A DNA stretch of 64,000 nucleotides from Candidatus Latescibacterota bacterium. Lineage in GTDB: Bacteria > Latescibacterota > UBA2968. The position numbers and the translations under genes are program-made. The notes beneath the pieces are model-generated. The model was not told the origin of the DNA. It made no database searches and saw only the letters and a program-made list of their open reading frames with translations. Positions 40,134 to 48,372 of the stretch are shown here, in pieces (position 1 is the first letter of the stretch; each line of letters opens with the position of its first letter). The DNA is taken from NCBI GenBank assembly GCA_965208125.1, contig OZ242320.1, forward strand, positions 2,619,821-2,683,820, given 5' to 3'.

Positions 40134-42979
40134 GCCGCGCTCACTTTGTCGAACCAGCTTTTGATGGTTTGTAGTAAATGGTCTGGTGCTCGAAACGCCC
40201 GATGTTGAACCGGGAGTGCTTCGAGAAAGGCCCGCCCGTAAAAGGTGGATAAAACCCGACTGTCGAAGACAATGACAATACCTCTGTCGGATTTGTTGCG
40301 AATCAGGCGGCCAAAACCCTGGCGAAATTTGAGAATAGCTTCGGGGACAGAATAGTGTAAAAATGGATTTTTACCCTGTTTTTCGAGTTCTTCCATGTGT
40401 GCTGCAACAAGGGGGTCAGATGGCACGGCAAAAGGCAGGCGAATGATGCCCAGTATTTCGAGAGCTTCGCCGGGGATATCTACTCCCTCCCAGAAACTGT
40501 CCGTACCCAGGAGCATTGCGCGGCGGTGGGTTTTAAAGCGTTCGGTAATACTGCCGCGCGCACCGTCTATCCCCTGTCCCAGAAGCAAGATGCCATCGGA
40601 TGACAGATCGTTTTTGAGTGCGTCATAAGACTGGTTGAGCATGCTATAGGAGGTAAATAATGCCAGCGTGCCCCGTCCGACTTTACATGCCAGATGGCGC
40701 AGCAAATCGTCAACAGCTTGTTGAAAATGAGGGGATTTAGGTGATGGCATAAATTGTGGCACGCAGACAAGGGCTTGTAAGTCGTAGTTAAAGGGCGAAC
40801 CCAGACAACTCGTTTGCACGCGCTCTTCGGGCATGGTGTCGAGCCCCATGCGCTGAAGAAAGTAGATGAGTTTGCCGCGAATGCCCAAAGTGGCTGATGT
40901 GAAGACGATGGTGCGCATTTTGTCGTAGAGTGCGTCGCGCAATACTTCGGCGACGTGCAGGGGCGCGGAAAATAGGCGCGTGTCACTGCTGTTTTCTCGG
41001 GTTGGCAATTCAAACCAGTAAACATATTGTTCGTCTTCGGGATGGGTCAAGTGATTGAGGGTCGTGAGCAGATCGTTGCATTCCTGTGTGCGCCCGTCGA
41101 GTTCGTTGACGAGTTCGTCCTGGTTGGGAAACGTGTCGTCGGGCAAGTCTTTGAGCCAATCACACAGATTTTTTAAGCTATTATTGAGTTCTTTGACCGC
41201 TTCGGCAAAGTCCTCAAGGCTTTCACTGACTGCCTCAAACGTATTTTCACCCGGGCGATAGCGCACTTTGGGCGTGTAGTAAAATTTGCGATTGCCCTGT
41301 TTGCCGTACAAAAATTTCGTGAGGTCTTGAAAAAAGGTCTGCGCTTTGAGATAGATGTCTTCGGCGGCGTTCACAGCCCGCCCAATGCCTTTGTCAAAGG
41401 TGGCGAAGATATTGTCTTTGAGGTCGGCTACACCGATCCAGTGGCGCAATGCGGGCAGGGTACCGGTGCTTTGAAAGCCCGGACTGCGCAGTTGATCGGA
41501 AAAATTTTTGATGTGCCATATATTGAGTTCGCGGCCCAGATATTGTGCGGCAATTTTTTCAATGTTGTGGGCTTCGTCCAGGATGAGGTCTTCGTATTCG
41601 CCCAGCACGGCATTTTCCGAGACGATATCGGAAAAGAGCAGGGAGTGATTGACGACCACGATATGTGCTTTTTGGGCAGAGCGGCGCACGGTGTTGGCAA
41701 AACACTGTCCGTTGGTGCGGCACTTTTGCGAGCGGCAATACCCCGAGTCGGAACACACTTTTGCCCACAGGCCAGCATAGCGACGCATGTCAAAGCCATT
41801 GTTTTCCGAAATGTCGCCTGTTTGCGTTTGTTCTGCCCATATAACGAGAGATAAAGCTCCTTCGCGCTCGTCTTCGGTAAAGAAGGTTTCGGTATTGGCG
41901 AGTGCTGCATGCCACCGATTGAGGCATATATAGTTGCTGCGGCCTTTGAGCAGGACATAGCTGAAGGGTACATTCAGGATGCGTTCGAGGTGGGGCAGGT
42001 CTTTGAAGAACAATTGTTCCTGAAGATTTTTGGTATTGGTGGAAACGATGATGCGGCGACCATTTTGTGCGGCGTGGTGAATGGCCGGGGTGAGATAGGC
42101 CATGGATTTGCCCACGCCTGTGCCTGCTTCAGCGACGAGGAGATGGTTGTTGTTGAAGGCATCGGCAATGGCGCGTACCATTTCGATCTGTTCGGTACGC
42201 ACTTCATATCCTTCGGTTTGTTGGTCAAATGTGCCGCCGGATTCAAACAGGGTGCAGAGCAGGTCGATGTCGAGAGGCGCGTGGTCCTCTGTGTCCGTTC
42301 GTGGTTCTTCGCCGCCCACATTGGATAGGGGGAGGCCATCTGCACCACCACCGCGAATGCGGTTCATAAATTCGCTTTTGGCCGCTTCGTTGCCCAGATC
42401 GACAAAGATGTTGAGCAAGGGGCTATTTGTGCCTTGCAAAAGCTGGAGTATTTGTTGTTTGGTGCGGAATGAGGTTTCGCGCAAGACCTCGACGATACCC
42501 GGGTATATGCCTGCGAGTTGCTCGGCATCGCAAAGTGCTTTGTGCGCTGATTGGGATTCGACTTCAAAATAGTCCGCAAGCGTATTCGCCCGATGATCGG
42601 ATAAACTGGGCAAGGCAATCCGGGCGAGGTCGCGCACGCTGTGTATGTTGTTGCCAAAAGGCAGGCCAGAGGCTTCAGATAAAAAGCGAGTTTCAAATCG
42701 ACCCTGATGTACGATGAGGGGCTGGTCGCTGGCAAAGGTCATAAAGTTTTCGATTGCCGCATTGATGCGGGGTGCGTTTCTCACGTCTTTGAATGCTATG
42801 CCAGTCAGGCGCGTTGTTTCTTCGGGCACCCCCATTTTGGGCCGCACATAAGTCTGAAAGCGCTCGACGATTTCGCCATCTTTTACTTTGACAGCACCGA
42901 TTTCGATTATTTCGGCTTCTTTTGGGTTCAGACCCGTGGTTTCGAGGTCGAGGGTTATGTAGGTGTGGAGAATGGACAT
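40130..42979 (-). CDS. dinG: Bifunctional DnaQ-like 3'-5' exonuclease / DinG-family ATP-dependent helicase
   Basis: 949 aa. It has the N-terminal exonuclease motif ITLDLETTGL. The helicase part has Walker A AEAGTGVGKS, the DEAH box LILDEAHN, and a Cys cluster C-x5-C-x4-C-x5-C. Confidence 0.9.
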   Translation of the reverse strand: MSILHTYITLDLETTGLNPKEAEIIEIGAVKVKDGEIVERFQTYVRPKMGVPEETTRLTGIAFKDVRNAPRINAAIENFMTFASDQPLIVHQGRFETRFLSEASGLPFGNNIHSVRDLARIALPSLSDHRANTLADYFEVESQSAHKALCDAEQLAGIYPGIVEVLRETSFRTKQQILQLLQGTNSPLLNIFVDLGNEAAKSEFMNRIRGGGADGLPLSNVGGEEPRTDTEDHAPLDIDLLCTLFESGGTFDQQTEGYEVRTEQIEMVRAIADAFNNNHLLVAEAGTGVGKSMAYLTPAIHHAAQNGRRIIVSTNTKNLQEQLFFKDLPHLERILNVPFSYVLLKGRSNYICLNRWHAALANTETFFTEDEREGALSLVIWAEQTQTGDISENNGFDMRRYAGLWAKVCSDSGYCRSQKCRTNGQCFANTVRRSAQKAHIVVVNHSLLFSDIVSENAVLGEYEDLILDEAHNIEKIAAQYLGRELNIWHIKNFSDQLRSPGFQSTGTLPALRHWIGVADLKDNIFATFDKGIGRAVNAAEDIYLKAQTFFQDLTKFLYGKQGNRKFYYTPKVRYRPGENTFEAVSESLEDFAEAVKELNNSLKNLCDWLKDLPDDTFPNQDELVNELDGRTQECNDLLTTLNHLTHPEDEQYVYWFELPTRENSSDTRLFSAPLHVAEVLRDALYDKMRTIVFTSATLGIRGKLIYFLQRMGLDTMPEERVQTSCLGSPFNYDLQALVCVPQFMPSPKSPHFQQAVDDLLRHLACKVGRGTLALFTSYSMLNQSYDALKNDLSSDGILLLGQGIDGARGSITERFKTHRRAMLLGTDSFWEGVDIPGEALEILGIIRLPFAVPSDPLVAAHMEELEKQGKNPFLHYSVPEAILKFRQGFGRLIRNKSDRGIVIVFDSRVLSTFYGRAFLEALPVQHRAFRAPDHLLQTIKSWFDKVSAA

Positions 42980-43004
42980 GGAGAAAATTGAAAAACCTTA
43001 TAGG

Positions 43005-43033
43005 TTGACTCTTTGATTTCTGTTCGGTATCAT
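43005..43033 (+). promoter_or_regulatory. Putative sigma70-type promoter of the dehydrogenase cluster
   Basis: TTGACT (43005-43010), a 17-nt spacer, then TATCAT (43028-43033). It lies in the divergent dinG / dehydrogenase intergenic region. Confidence 0.35.
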
Positions 43034-43142
43034 AAATGCCGACCAGTTTTGATTTTCCGATCGGCTCTTGCATGGCAGCAATTTGATATGGTGTAACATA
43101 CATTACAAAGCCCTGAATTTCAAGGTTTATTGCGGAGGTGAT

Positions 43143-44159
43143 ATGAAAGCGTCTGTTTATCTGGGTCCCGAGCGGGTTGAATTGCGCGATATTGAGGAAC
43201 CCAAACCGGGTGATGATGAGGTGCTCATCAAGGTGGCGCGGGCGGGTTTATGCGGTACGGATTTGCATGTTTATCAGGGGCACATGGATCAGCGGGTGCA
43301 AATTCCTCTGGTGATGGGACACGAGATGTGCGGCGAGATTGTCTATGTTCCGAAAGATGCCGGGTTCAAAGTAGGGGAGCGCGTGGTGGTTGAACCCACG
43401 GTGGCATGTGGCGTGTGTGCGGCTTGTCGTCGGGGGCATCGGCATATTTGTCAGAATTTGAATTTTTTGGGTATTGACTCTGCGGGTGCATTTCAGGCTG
43501 TTTGGAATGCACCACTCAATCGCTTGCACCGCGTGCCCAATGCACTGGACGACGATGCTGGCGCGCTTATTGAACCGCTTGCAGTCGCTGTCCACGATGT
43601 TCGGCGTGCCAAAGTGGAATTGGGTGACCGCGCGGTTGTGATTGGCGGCGGTCCAATTGGGATACTAATTGCAATGGCGGCGCGATTGGATGGGGCCGAG
43701 GTGGTGATTTCCGAAGTGAATCCCTTTCGTTTGGCAAAGGCGAGGGCATTGGGCTTTGAGGTTGTGAATCCATTGGAAACTGATCTTCTCGCATATACAG
43801 AAGATTGGACCGAGGGTGCAGGTGCGGACCTCGTGTTTGAAGTTAGCGGCAGTGCACCCGGTGCAAAGGTTATGACTGAGTTGGCTCGGGTCCGCGGAAC
43901 CATTGTGCTGGTTGGGGTACACGCTGAACCGCCGCCTGTGGATTTGCAGCGGTTTTTTTGGCGGGAATTGCATCTGGTGGGGTGTCGCGTGTACGAACCC
44001 ATAGATTTTGAGCGGGCAATTCGATTGGCGGCATCTGGCGCGGTTGATGTAAAAGCTCTGATTACGGATACGCTGCCACTGGAGGATGCGGCAAAGGGAT
44101 TTGAACAGATGGTGGCGGGTGGAGAGGTGATGAAGGTGCTTTTGGACTGTCAGGTGTAA
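43143..44159 (+). CDS. Zinc-binding medium-chain alcohol/polyol dehydrogenase (sorbitol/threonine dehydrogenase-like)
   Basis: MKASVYLGPERVELRDIEEPKPGDDEVLIKV...GLCGTDLHVYQG...GHEMCGEIV. ATG 43143 follows a GGAGGTG Shine-Dalgarno. Confidence 0.85.
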   Translation: MKASVYLGPERVELRDIEEPKPGDDEVLIKVARAGLCGTDLHVYQGHMDQRVQIPLVMGHEMCGEIVYVPKDAGFKVGERVVVEPTVACGVCAACRRGHRHICQNLNFLGIDSAGAFQAVWNAPLNRLHRVPNALDDDAGALIEPLAVAVHDVRRAKVELGDRAVVIGGGPIGILIAMAARLDGAEVVISEVNPFRLAKARALGFEVVNPLETDLLAYTEDWTEGAGADLVFEVSGSAPGAKVMTELARVRGTIVLVGVHAEPPPVDLQRFFWRELHLVGCRVYEPIDFERAIRLAASGAVDVKALITDTLPLEDAAKGFEQMVAGGEVMKVLLDCQV

Positions 44160-44167
44160 AGGGAGTC

Positions 44168-44938
44168 ATGATGGGAATTTTGGATAAGTTTGATTTGAGC
44201 GGTAAGACTGCGCTGGTGACGGGGTGTCGGCGCGGTATTGGCCGCGCTTTTGCCCAGGGGTTGGCCGAGGCTGGTGCCGATATTGTGGGGGTGAGTGCAT
44301 CGCTGGCGTTGGGTAGTGAAGTAGAAGGGGATGTCGCTGCATTGGGCCGTAGTTTCCGCCCTTATGCATGTGATTTTTCCGATCGGGATGCTTTGCGTAC
44401 TTTTATAGCACAGGTAAAAGCAGATGTCGCTCAGGTCGATATATTGGTGAATAACGCGGGTACGATTTTGCGGGAACCCGCGGCGGATCATCCCGATGAA
44501 TACTGGGATAGGGTGATTGAAGTAAATTTGAACGCGCAATTTGTTCTCGCGCGCGAGTTTGGCAAAGAAATGGTGGCGCGTAGGCGTGGCAAAATTGTTT
44601 TTACAGCGTCTTTGCTGAGTTTTCAGGGGGGTATTACAGTTCCGGGTTACGCTGCGGCCAAAGGGGGTATTGCGACTTTGACGATGGCACTGTCAAATGA
44701 GTGGGCGAGCAAGGGGGTGAATGTCAATGCTATTGCGCCGGGTTATATTGCAACAGATAATACCGAAGCCCTGCGCAATGATTCTGTCCGCTCCGAGCAA
44801 ATTTTGACGCGGATTCCCCAGGGACGATGGGGACAGCCGGATGATCTGAAAGGCGCGTGTGTGTTTTTGTGTTCGGATGCGGCCAATTATGTCAATGGTG
44901 CGATTTTGACTGTGGATGGTGGATGGATGGGGCGGTGA
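44168..44938 (+). CDS. kduD: SDR, 2-deoxy-D-gluconate 3-dehydrogenase (KduD)-like
   Basis: 256 aa. LDKFDLSGKTALVTGCRRGIGRAFAQGLAEAGADIVGV is very close to the characteristic KduD N-terminus. Confidence 0.75.
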   Translation: MMGILDKFDLSGKTALVTGCRRGIGRAFAQGLAEAGADIVGVSASLALGSEVEGDVAALGRSFRPYACDFSDRDALRTFIAQVKADVAQVDILVNNAGTILREPAADHPDEYWDRVIEVNLNAQFVLAREFGKEMVARRRGKIVFTASLLSFQGGITVPGYAAAKGGIATLTMALSNEWASKGVNVNAIAPGYIATDNTEALRNDSVRSEQILTRIPQGRWGQPDDLKGACVFLCSDAANYVNGAILTVDGGWMGR

Positions 44939-44967
44939 AGAAAAAACATTTTACTTGGAGGTTTGAT

Positions 44968-45951
44968 ATGGAATACAGGCCGTTTGGAAAGACCGGATTG
45001 GATGTTTCAGCGATTGGGTTTGGGTGCTGGGAACTCGGCGGGAATTATGGTTATTTTGATGAAGGCGAAGTGATTGCGGGCATTCACAAGGCACTGGATT
45101 TGGGGATTAATTGCTTTGATACGGCCGAAGGCTATGGAAAGGGAAAATCAGAGGCTTTGCTCGCGCGCGGGCTGGGGAATCGACGCAAGGATGTGATTGT
45201 GGTGACAAAGGTCGGTATTGGATATACGGATTCGGGGCGGGAAAAGGGGCGCGACAGTCGCAGAGAGCGGATTATGACGTCGGTAGAGAATAGTTTGCGG
45301 TTTTTGAATACGGATTATATCGATGTTTATTTGATTCACTGGCCCGATCGGCATACGCCTTTTGAAGAGCCTATGCAGGTGCTGGAAGATTTGATTCAGC
45401 AGGGGAAGGTGCGTTTTGGAGGGGTATCGAATTTCAAGGCCGAGGAGGTCGATGCGTGTATGAAGACGCGGCGGGTAGATGTGGGGCAATACGGCTATCA
45501 CATGTTTGATCGGCGTATGGAGAGAGATGTTTTTCCATATTGCGAGGCGCACGGCATTGGGATGATGGGATATGGCTCTCTGGCACATGGACTGCTCGCC
45601 GGGGCATTTGATGAGCATACGACATTCGACACAGAAGATTGGCGCTCTAAGGGCGGGTTGTTTAATATGCCTTTGTTTGCAGAGGAGAATTTTCCGCGCA
45701 ATCTGAAGGTGGTGGAAGCGTTAAAACAGATGGCAGCGGACCGCGGCACAGCGGTATATCACCTCGCGCTGGCGTGGGTGTTGTCCAATCCCGTGATTAG
45801 CACAGCACTGGTTGGCGTGCGTAAACCTGAGGAGGCGGTGTCAAATATGGGGGCATTAGAGTTGACGCTGTCCGAAGACGATAAGTGTGCTATTGATGCG
45901 ATATTTGAGAATTACGGGGTGGATACGCGCCCGGATATTTGGGTGGAATAA
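44968..45951 (+). CDS. Aldo/keto reductase
   Basis: MEYRPFGKTGLDVSAIGFGCWELGG...DTAEGYG. ATG 44968 follows a GGAGG Shine-Dalgarno. The ORF-track start at 44857 overlaps the upstream gene. Confidence 0.85.
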   Translation: MEYRPFGKTGLDVSAIGFGCWELGGNYGYFDEGEVIAGIHKALDLGINCFDTAEGYGKGKSEALLARGLGNRRKDVIVVTKVGIGYTDSGREKGRDSRRERIMTSVENSLRFLNTDYIDVYLIHWPDRHTPFEEPMQVLEDLIQQGKVRFGGVSNFKAEEVDACMKTRRVDVGQYGYHMFDRRMERDVFPYCEAHGIGMMGYGSLAHGLLAGAFDEHTTFDTEDWRSKGGLFNMPLFAEENFPRNLKVVEALKQMAADRGTAVYHLALAWVLSNPVISTALVGVRKPEEAVSNMGALELTLSEDDKCAIDAIFENYGVDTRPDIWVE

Positions 45952-45990
45952 GCCAAAGAGAGGGAAAAAAGGGGAATGGGCAATCTATAC

Positions 45991-46020
45991 TTGACAAATC
46001 AAAGCATGCTGGACTATAAT
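45991..46020 (+). promoter_or_regulatory. Near-consensus sigma70 promoter of hup
   Basis: TTGACA (45991-45996), an 18-nt spacer, then TATAAT (46015-46020). Confidence 0.5.
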
Positions 46021-46101
46021 TAGAGTATAGCCTTCGACCTATCTGCCTTCGTGGGGGCATTAGGTTTGAGATTATAACCATTTTCACAAAGGGAGAGAAT
46101 T

Positions 46102-46419
46102 ATGTCGCAAGCTGTAACAAAACGATGGAGTAAAGCCCAGATTGTAAGCGCGATCGCAGAAAGCACTGGTCTGAGCAAAAAGGATGTGGGTAGCGTTCTC
46201 GATGGGTTGGACAGTGCCATTGAAAGCCATGTCACAGCAGGTTCTGTCGGTGAATTTGTGTTGCCCGGTCTGCTCAAAATCAAAAGGGTCGAAAAACCGG
46301 CTCGCGCAGAACGAGAGGGCGTCAATCCTTTCACTGGCGAAAAAATAACAATTGCAGCCAAACCCGCTTCGCAGGGTATAAGAATTTCAGCCCTGAAAAA
46401 ACTGAAAGACATGGTTTAG
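46102..46419 (+). CDS. hup: HU/IHF family DNA-binding protein
   Basis: 105 aa. It has KAQIVSAIAESTGLSKKDVGSVLDGL and the arm region RAEREGVNPFTGEKITIAAK. Confidence 0.9.
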   Translation: MSQAVTKRWSKAQIVSAIAESTGLSKKDVGSVLDGLDSAIESHVTAGSVGEFVLPGLLKIKRVEKPARAEREGVNPFTGEKITIAAKPASQGIRISALKKLKDMV

Positions 46420-46447
46420 CAATTGCCGCATTATAGGGAACTATCGT

Positions 46448-46485
46448 AAAGCCCAGCCTTTTAAGGTTGGGCTTTTTATTTTTAT
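46448..46485 (+). terminator. Rho-independent terminator of hup
   Basis: The stem is GCCCAGCC / GGTTGGGC (46451-46472) with a 6-nt loop, followed by TTTTTATTTTT. Confidence 0.7.
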
Positions 46486-46588
46486 AACGCTCTGGGGGTA
46501 TATTTTGTAGGACTGGACAAAATACCGCGAAATGATTACTTTCAAAGTCGCAACCAAAAAGCGATAATCCAATCGCCAAGGAGGCAAA

Positions 46589-47530
46589 ATGCGGCAGTAT
46601 ATTATGGGAGTATGCGTGATCGTATTTGGGGTCTTATCTTGCATGGTCGATACAACTGAGGCCGTTGAGGTCGTTCTCAAATCGGGTCGCGTTGTGCGAG
46701 GCGAACTGATTCGGGAGACTGCGACTTCTATTACGCTTCAGCTATCTTCCAGCCGGATCGAAATTTCCAAGTTGAGTATCAAAACAATTGATGGACGTTC
46801 TCCTTTTGAACGGCGCAGATCCCGCGCGGCAGTATCTTCCGATAGTACAAGTAAGATGGAGGTGCAAATTTCCGCAGGCCATTTTCTCATGGGAGATACC
46901 CGAGATAAAAATGCGCCTGTACACAAGGTGTATCTCGATTCATACTGGGTTGACACACGCGAAGTTACCAATGCTCAGTACCGCGAATTTGTGACGAGTA
47001 CAGGGCATGCGGCCCCACGGTATTGGGGCGAGGCCAAATACAATGACCCCAACCAACCCGTTGTGGGTGTTTCCTGGGATGACGCCAATGCCTATTGTTC
47101 TTGGAAGGGTAAACGACTGCCGACTGAAGCAGAATGGGAGCGGGCAGCGCGGGGGGTACAAAGCCGTCTTTACCCCTGGGGCGACCGTTTTGACGTCACG
47201 CGAACAAATACCAGAGAAACCCGAAACCGGCGTCCGATGCCTGTGGGAACTTTCCCCGAAGGTGCTACCAGTGAGGGCTTGCTCGATATGTCGGGCAATG
47301 TGTGGGAGTGGTGTTGGGATTGGTATGATGAGGGATATTATCGCGTCTCTCCTCTCAATAATCCCACGGGTCCAGAAGCCGGGAAAAAGCGTGTCATAAG
47401 GGGTGGGGGCTGGAGTGCTCCTCATATCCACATGGCTCGGCGGCGAGGTGAAAAGCCCGATAAGACCTACCCTTCTCTGGGTTTTCGATGCGCCAGATCG
47501 GATACTCAGGCACGGGCGAAACAAGAATAA
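46589..47530 (+). CDS. Formylglycine-generating enzyme (SUMF1/FGE-sulfatase domain) protein, secreted or membrane-anchored
   Basis: 313 aa. It has an N-terminal hydrophobic segment, then HFLMGD...VYLDSYWVDTREVTNAQYREFV...GNVWEWCWDWY...RGGGW, typical of the FGE-sulfatase domain. A strong AAGGAGG Shine-Dalgarno lies upstream. Confidence 0.85.
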   Translation: MRQYIMGVCVIVFGVLSCMVDTTEAVEVVLKSGRVVRGELIRETATSITLQLSSSRIEISKLSIKTIDGRSPFERRRSRAAVSSDSTSKMEVQISAGHFLMGDTRDKNAPVHKVYLDSYWVDTREVTNAQYREFVTSTGHAAPRYWGEAKYNDPNQPVVGVSWDDANAYCSWKGKRLPTEAEWERAARGVQSRLYPWGDRFDVTRTNTRETRNRRPMPVGTFPEGATSEGLLDMSGNVWEWCWDWYDEGYYRVSPLNNPTGPEAGKKRVIRGGGWSAPHIHMARRRGEKPDKTYPSLGFRCARSDTQARAKQE

Positions 47531-47537
47531 TAAGATG

Positions 47538-47569
47538 AAAAAAAAGCCGCTGATAAGCGGCTTTTTTTT
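47538..47569. terminator. Bidirectional rho-independent terminator between convergent FGE and GroES-like genes
   Basis: An A8 run, the stem GCCGCT / AGCGGC (47546-47561) with a 4-nt loop, then a T8 run. Confidence 0.8.
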
Positions 47570-47588
47570 ATGAACTTTCACAAAATCA

Positions 47589-48041
47589 TTACAGGTCGAG
47601 ATCGTCCAAACCCTCCAGTTCATCCAATACCTCGTCTTCGCCTACTATGGTATCCGACTCTCGAATCACTACCAGAATGGACGCCTGGGGTACAATGAGA
47701 TATTTCTCCCCTTCAAAAGAGATCTCCATCGCGGCTTTTTGCAAAAATAAGGCAAAATCGCCTTCCTCAACTTGCAGGGGCAAATACCGCGGTTCTTTTG
47801 GAGAATTGCGCCAGGGTTCATCGTCTTCCGGCGTTTCTGGCAGCGGGAGCCCAGGCCCTGTGGCCATAATGCGACCGCTCTGTACTTCCTCTTTTTCGAC
47901 CACAGTTTGAGGCAAATAAAGCCCTACTTTGGTTCGTTCTTCCAAATCTTCCTGCTTGACCAAAACGCGGTCGCCAATAACGACGAGTTCTTTGTTTCCT
48001 ATTTGCATTGCATCTTCTCGCTCAATGAGTCCGTTATACAT
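47589..48041 (-). CDS. GroES (Cpn10)-fold family protein with an insertion and an acidic C-terminal tail
   Basis: 150 aa. IGDRVLVKQEDLEERTKVGLYLPQTVVEKEEVQSGRIMATGPG follows the Cpn10 pattern (drvlVk...t.gGi.lP...ek...g.vvavG.G). The C-terminus is DEVLDELEGLDDLDL. Confidence 0.55.
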   Translation of the reverse strand: MYNGLIEREDAMQIGNKELVVIGDRVLVKQEDLEERTKVGLYLPQTVVEKEEVQSGRIMATGPGLPLPETPEDDEPWRNSPKEPRYLPLQVEEGDFALFLQKAAMEISFEGEKYLIVPQASILVVIRESDTIVGEDEVLDELEGLDDLDL

Positions 48042-48059
48042 CTGAACAATTGTTTGTGA

Positions 48060-48088
48060 AACTTAAAAAATTGTACCGCAAGTGTCAA
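48060..48088 (-). promoter_or_regulatory. Putative sigma70-type promoter of the GroES-like gene
   Basis: On the minus strand the sequence reads TTGACA (48083-48088), a 17-nt spacer, then TAAGTT (48060-48065). Confidence 0.4.
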
Positions 48089-48123
48089 CAGTTTAGGGGT
48101 AAAACTATTTGAATAATAAAATC

Positions 48124-48152
48124 TTGACAAATGGATGGATAAGGTATATTAT
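48124..48152 (+). promoter_or_regulatory. Putative sigma70-type promoter, divergent from the GroES-like promoter
   Basis: TTGACA (48124-48129), a 17-nt spacer, then TATTAT (48147-48152). It shares the CTTGACAAAT context with the hup promoter. Confidence 0.45.
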
Positions 48153-48324
48153 TTTTCACCGCGTTGTGATATACTTTTGATTATGGAGCCGTTCCATGTT
48201 GTTTTTTGTGCCAACAATGCAAATGCCGATGCCCGTCACTGTACGGGCTACACGTGTTGTACATTCCCACTGTGAGCAGGGGCATGGATAGCGGATCATT
48301 TTAGTCGTTTGCAAAATAAAAAAA

Positions 48325-48355
48325 GCCGTTGGAATGTTCCGTTCCAGCGGCTTTT
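48325..48355. terminator. Terminator-like hairpin 18 nt upstream of the holB start
   Basis: The stem is GCCGTTGGAA / TTCCAGCGGC (48325-48351, one G-U pair) with a 7-nt loop. An A8 run lies upstream and TTTT downstream. Confidence 0.5.
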
Positions 48356-48372
48356 CATCATGAGAGGCGATA

